Source: Nitrosospira sp. (GTDB taxonomy: Bacteria; Pseudomonadota; Gammaproteobacteria; Burkholderiales; Nitrosomonadaceae). Taken from it: 34,911 nt of DNA. The notes beneath the pieces are model-generated. The model searched no databases. It was not told where the DNA came from and was given only the letters and a program-made list of their open reading frames with translations. The translations under genes and the position numbers were made by a program. How positions within the stretch are numbered: position 1 is the stretch's first letter; each line of letters begins with the position of its first letter. The stretch is from NCBI GenBank assembly GCA_035280905.1, contig DATEEZ010000184.1:1-34911 (forward strand), given 5' to 3'. Shown one piece after another: positions 31,755 to 34,911 of this stretch.

Positions 31755-33980
31755 TTGGAAAAGGATATGGTCAAACTCCGGACACAAGTCAAGACAGTGG
31801 TAAAAGCAAAGACGGTGGCTGAGGGTGCGGGTCGACCCGAGGACGAGATTCGGATGGCAATGAAGGGGTCTGAAGATATGAAGAAGCTGTTGAGAGCGCA
31901 GGCAAGAGAAGCGGCAGCAAAAGAACCGGCGAGGATGGATGACGAAATGTTCGAAAATGACGATGAAGCGGGAACAGATTCAATGACTGCAGCCCCGGAG
32001 CAGGTGACCGAGATTGCGAAGGCAGTGATGGCGGCGAAAGAGCCTGGTCTCGTCAACGGCAAGATAGCAAGATCAAAGGCGACCAGGGAAGGAAAAAACT
32101 CGCACGCCAAGGATCCGGAAAAAGCCACCGCCTCACAGGAGCTTGAGGCGCGCCGCTTGCGCCTCAAGAACTTGATCGTGCAGGGCAAGGAACGCGGTTA
32201 TCTCACTTATGCCGAGATCAACGACCACCTCCCCGACGACATGCTCGACGCGGAGCAGATCGAGAATATCATCAGCATGATCAACGATGTCGGGATTTCC
32301 GTTTATGACGAAGCGCCCGACGCAGAAACCCTGCTCATGTCAGAAACCGCGCCTACCGTTGCCGATGAGGATGTGGTGGAAGAAGCGGAAGCCGCGCTTT
32401 CCACTGTAGATTCGGAGTTTGGGCGCACCACGGACCCTGTCCGGATGTATATGCGGGAAATGGGCTCGGTGGAACTGCTGACGCGTGAGAGCGAAATTGA
32501 AATCGCAAAGCGTATCGAGGACGGGTTAAAGCATATGATCCAGGCGATTTCCGCCTGTCCGACAACCATAGCCGGAATTCTCGAGCTCGCCGAAAGGGTG
32601 TCGAAAGACGAGATGCGTGTGGATGAGCTGGTGGATGGGTTGCTCGATCCCGATACGGAGGAAATTATCAGCGAAGAGATTTCCGATGAATCCCTGGAGC
32701 AGGAGCTGAGTTCGGACGCAGGAGAAGACGAGGATATCAACGCGGCTGCAAATGCCAACCTCCTGAAACTGAAAAACGACGCGTTGGAGCGTTTTGCGGT
32801 GATTCAAAAGGCTTATGACGAGATGCAGAAAGTGCTCGAAAGGAAAGGGTCGGGCAACAAAGCCTATAAAGACATCCAGGAGCAGATTTCATCTGAACTG
32901 ATGGCTATCCGTTTCTCTGCCAAAATGGTTGAGCGTCTTTGCGATACGCAGCGCGCACTAGTGGATGAAATGCGCGGTTACGAGCGCAAAATAATGGAGC
33001 TTTGCGTGAGCAAGGTGGGAATGTCGCGTAACCACTTCATCAAGACCTTCCCCGGTAACGAGAGCAACCTGAACTGGGTGGATGAGGAAATCGCGCTGGG
33101 TAAACCCTACAGCGCTACCCTGGAACGTTATCGTCCCGAAGTTCTGGAGCAGCAACAAAACCTGCTGGCACTGCAAAAGCAGGTGGGTATTCCTTTGAAG
33201 GAACTCAAGGAAATCAATCGCCGCATGTCCACGGGCGAGGCGAAAGCTCGCCGCGCCAAACGTGAAATGACCGAAGCGAATTTGCGGCTGGTGATTTCCA
33301 TCGCCAAAAAGTATACCAATCGGGGATTGCAGTTCCTTGATCTCATTCAGGAAGGCAACATCGGCCTGATGAAGGCGGTGGATAAATTCGAATACCGGCG
33401 CGGATACAAGTTTTCCACTTACGCAACCTGGTGGATTCGTCAGGCAATCACGCGGTCTATCGCGGATCAGGCACGCACCATTCGTATCCCGGTGCATATG
33501 ATCGAAACGATCAACAAGATGAACCGCATTTCCCGCCAGATCCTGCAGGAAACCGGGCAGGAGCCGGAGCCCGCTGTGCTGGCGCAGAAAATGGAAATGC
33601 CCGAAGAGAAGATTCGCAAAATCCTCAAGATTTCCAAGGAACCGATCTCCATGGAAACACCTATCGGGGACGACGAGGATTCTCACCTCGGTGATTTCAT
33701 CGAGGATTCCGCTACCATGGCCCCCGCGGATGCAGCGGTTTATGCCAGCCTGCGCGATGTTACGAAAGATATACTGGATTCGCTGACACCGCGCGAAGCA
33801 AAAGTACTGCGCATGCGTTTCGGCATCGAAATGAACACTGACCACACGTTGGAGGAAGTCGGCAAACAGTTCGATGTGACCCGCGAACGCATTCGCCAGA
33901 TCGAGGCTAAAGCACTGCGCAAGCTGCGTCACCCGTCTCGTTCCGAGCGCCTGCGCAGCTTCCTGGATACTGAAGGCTGA
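31755..33980 (+). CDS. rpoD: RNA polymerase sigma factor RpoD (sigma70) with long N-terminal extension
   Basis: [54 protein letters not shown]; start uncertain. Confidence 0.98.
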   Translation: MEKDMVKLRTQVKTVVKAKTVAEGAGRPEDEIRMAMKGSEDMKKLLRAQAREAAAKEPARMDDEMFENDDEAGTDSMTAAPEQVTEIAKAVMAAKEPGLVNGKIARSKATREGKNSHAKDPEKATASQELEARRLRLKNLIVQGKERGYLTYAEINDHLPDDMLDAEQIENIISMINDVGISVYDEAPDAETLLMSETAPTVADEDVVEEAEAALSTVDSEFGRTTDPVRMYMREMGSVELLTRESEIEIAKRIEDGLKHMIQAISACPTTIAGILELAERVSKDEMRVDELVDGLLDPDTEEIISEEISDESLEQELSSDAGEDEDINAAANANLLKLKNDALERFAVIQKAYDEMQKVLERKGSGNKAYKDIQEQISSELMAIRFSAKMVERLCDTQRALVDEMRGYERKIMELCVSKVGMSRNHFIKTFPGNESNLNWVDEEIALGKPYSATLERYRPEVLEQQQNLLALQKQVGIPLKELKEINRRMSTGEAKARRAKREMTEANLRLVISIAKKYTNRGLQFLDLIQEGNIGLMKAVDKFEYRRGYKFSTYATWWIRQAITRSIADQARTIRIPVHMIETINKMNRISRQILQETGQEPEPAVLAQKMEMPEEKIRKILKISKEPISMETPIGDDEDSHLGDFIEDSATMAPADAAVYASLRDVTKDILDSLTPREAKVLRMRFGIEMNTDHTLEEVGKQFDVTRERIRQIEAKALRKLRHPSRSERLRSFLDTEG

Positions 33981-34035
33981 TCAGCCTTCAGTAGTCAGTT
34001 TAAGACAGTTCTAAGTTGAGTTAAAAGTTGTAAGA

Positions 34036-34112
<77 letters not shown>

Positions 34113-34125
34113 TAACCATATAAGC

Positions 34126-34163
34126 AAAGGCTTACGTATAAAACCGTGAGCCTTTTTCTTTTT
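34126..34163 (+). terminator. Intrinsic terminator after the tRNA
   Basis: AAAGGCTTACG-loop-CGTGAGCCTTT followed by a T-rich run. Confidence 0.7.
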
Positions 34164-34280
34164 AGGGGCACTGGTAGGGCACTTGATCAAAGTATCTCCT
34201 CCAAACCAATTGCAGTCTTCTCGAGGAGTAGGGCTTATAGATGACCGACTCTGCCAGGAGAGAAGACGTTCCTGTGAGGT

Positions 34281-34456
34281 GGGGGGGCACCTTCCGCGCG
34301 GTCTACACGGTGCGCATCAATGATGCGGTGCATGTGTTGCATGCGTTCCAGAAGAAGTCCAGGTCCGGCATCGCCACTCCGCAACCGGACGTGGAGTTGA
34401 TCGAGAAGCGGTTGAAGGCAGTGCTCGCCCACTATCGGGCAAATGGGAGATCATGA
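34281..34456 (+). pseudogene. 5'-truncated RelE/ParE-family (Gp49-like/HigB) toxin
   Basis: GTFRAVYTVR...VLHAFQKKS..GIATP..DVELI..RL is the C-terminal half; the N-terminal half is not seen upstream. Confidence 0.75.
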
Positions 34457-34775
34457 TGACACAAGAAGACCATCCTCGACGTACCGACAATGTACTGGCC
34501 GACCTCGGTTTGACGATGCGGAGGAGCTGTCGGCGAAGACGGTCCTCGCGGTCAAGCTGAACGAACTGATCGACAAGCGAGGCTTAAGTCAGACAAAAGC
34601 TGCTCGCCTCACCGGCATGACGCAGCCGAAAGTGTCCCAGGTTCGGCGCTACAAGCTACAGAACATCTCGCTCGAACGCCTGATGCAGGCGTTGGTCTCG
34701 CTCGACCAGCAGGTTGAGATCGTTGTTCGGCCCGCGCATGGTACGCATGCGTCTGGCATCACGGTAGCCGCGTAA
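34453..34775 (+). pseudogene. XRE-family HTH antitoxin (HigA-like), frameshifted
   Basis: ATG 34453 overlaps the toxin stop and reads ...DNVLADLG, then the frame shifts at 34509-34511 into FDDAEEL...LSQTKAARLTGMTQPKVS. Confidence 0.75.
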
Positions 34776-34911
34776 TGCGGCAGGCCAGATTAGAGTTAAG
34801 CCGGTTAATTGCCGGCTTAACTGTCTATATCTTATGCACCTGCCTCGCTCAAGCAGATACTAAGCGGTCGAGTCGTCAAGATCGCAGATGGCGACACCCT
34901 GATAGTTCTCG
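34775..34911 (+). pseudogene. Thermonuclease (SNase-like) gene 5' end, frameshifted, runs off the window
   Basis: Signal-peptide-like MRQARLELSRLIAGLTVYILCTCLAQADT, then frame change near 34862 to SGRVVKIADGDTLIVL. Confidence 0.65.

Noticed and set aside
32958-33932. 324-aa antisense ORF
   Set aside because: Shadow frame of rpoD; the same applies to antisense ORFs over rpsA, aroA, cysE, cysK, mrcA and the flavoprotein

Overview
Mostly core-genome DNA from a betaproteobacterium. The gene set and order suggest Nitrosomonadaceae, Nitrosospira-like, but this is inference. Housekeeping blocks: M48 lipoprotein protease, rpmE, rho, trxA, glnS | birA-coaX-engB, hemB | mrcA, SirB2 and a membrane protein, a dihydrolipoyl-dehydrogenase-like flavoprotein, a Sel1 protein, cysE-cysK | aroA-cmk-rpsA-ihfB-lapA-pyrF | CBS protein, folB, plsY, tsaD | rpsU-yqeY-dnaG-rpoD-tRNA-Ile2. 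After the tRNA comes the edge of a decayed accessory island (truncated Gp49/RelE toxin, frameshifted XRE antitoxin, frameshifted thermonuclease). The unexpected signal is non-coding. (1) A ~105-nt candidate sRNA lies between engB and hemB on the minus strand, with a near-consensus sigmaE-type promoter, three hairpins with C-rich anti-Shine-Dalgarno loops and an intrinsic terminator. (2) At least three unrelated families of short non-autonomous inverted-repeat elements (MITE-like) occur, two abutting stop codons of core genes, and they appear to share an internal hairpin cassette. All alignments and folds were done by eye.
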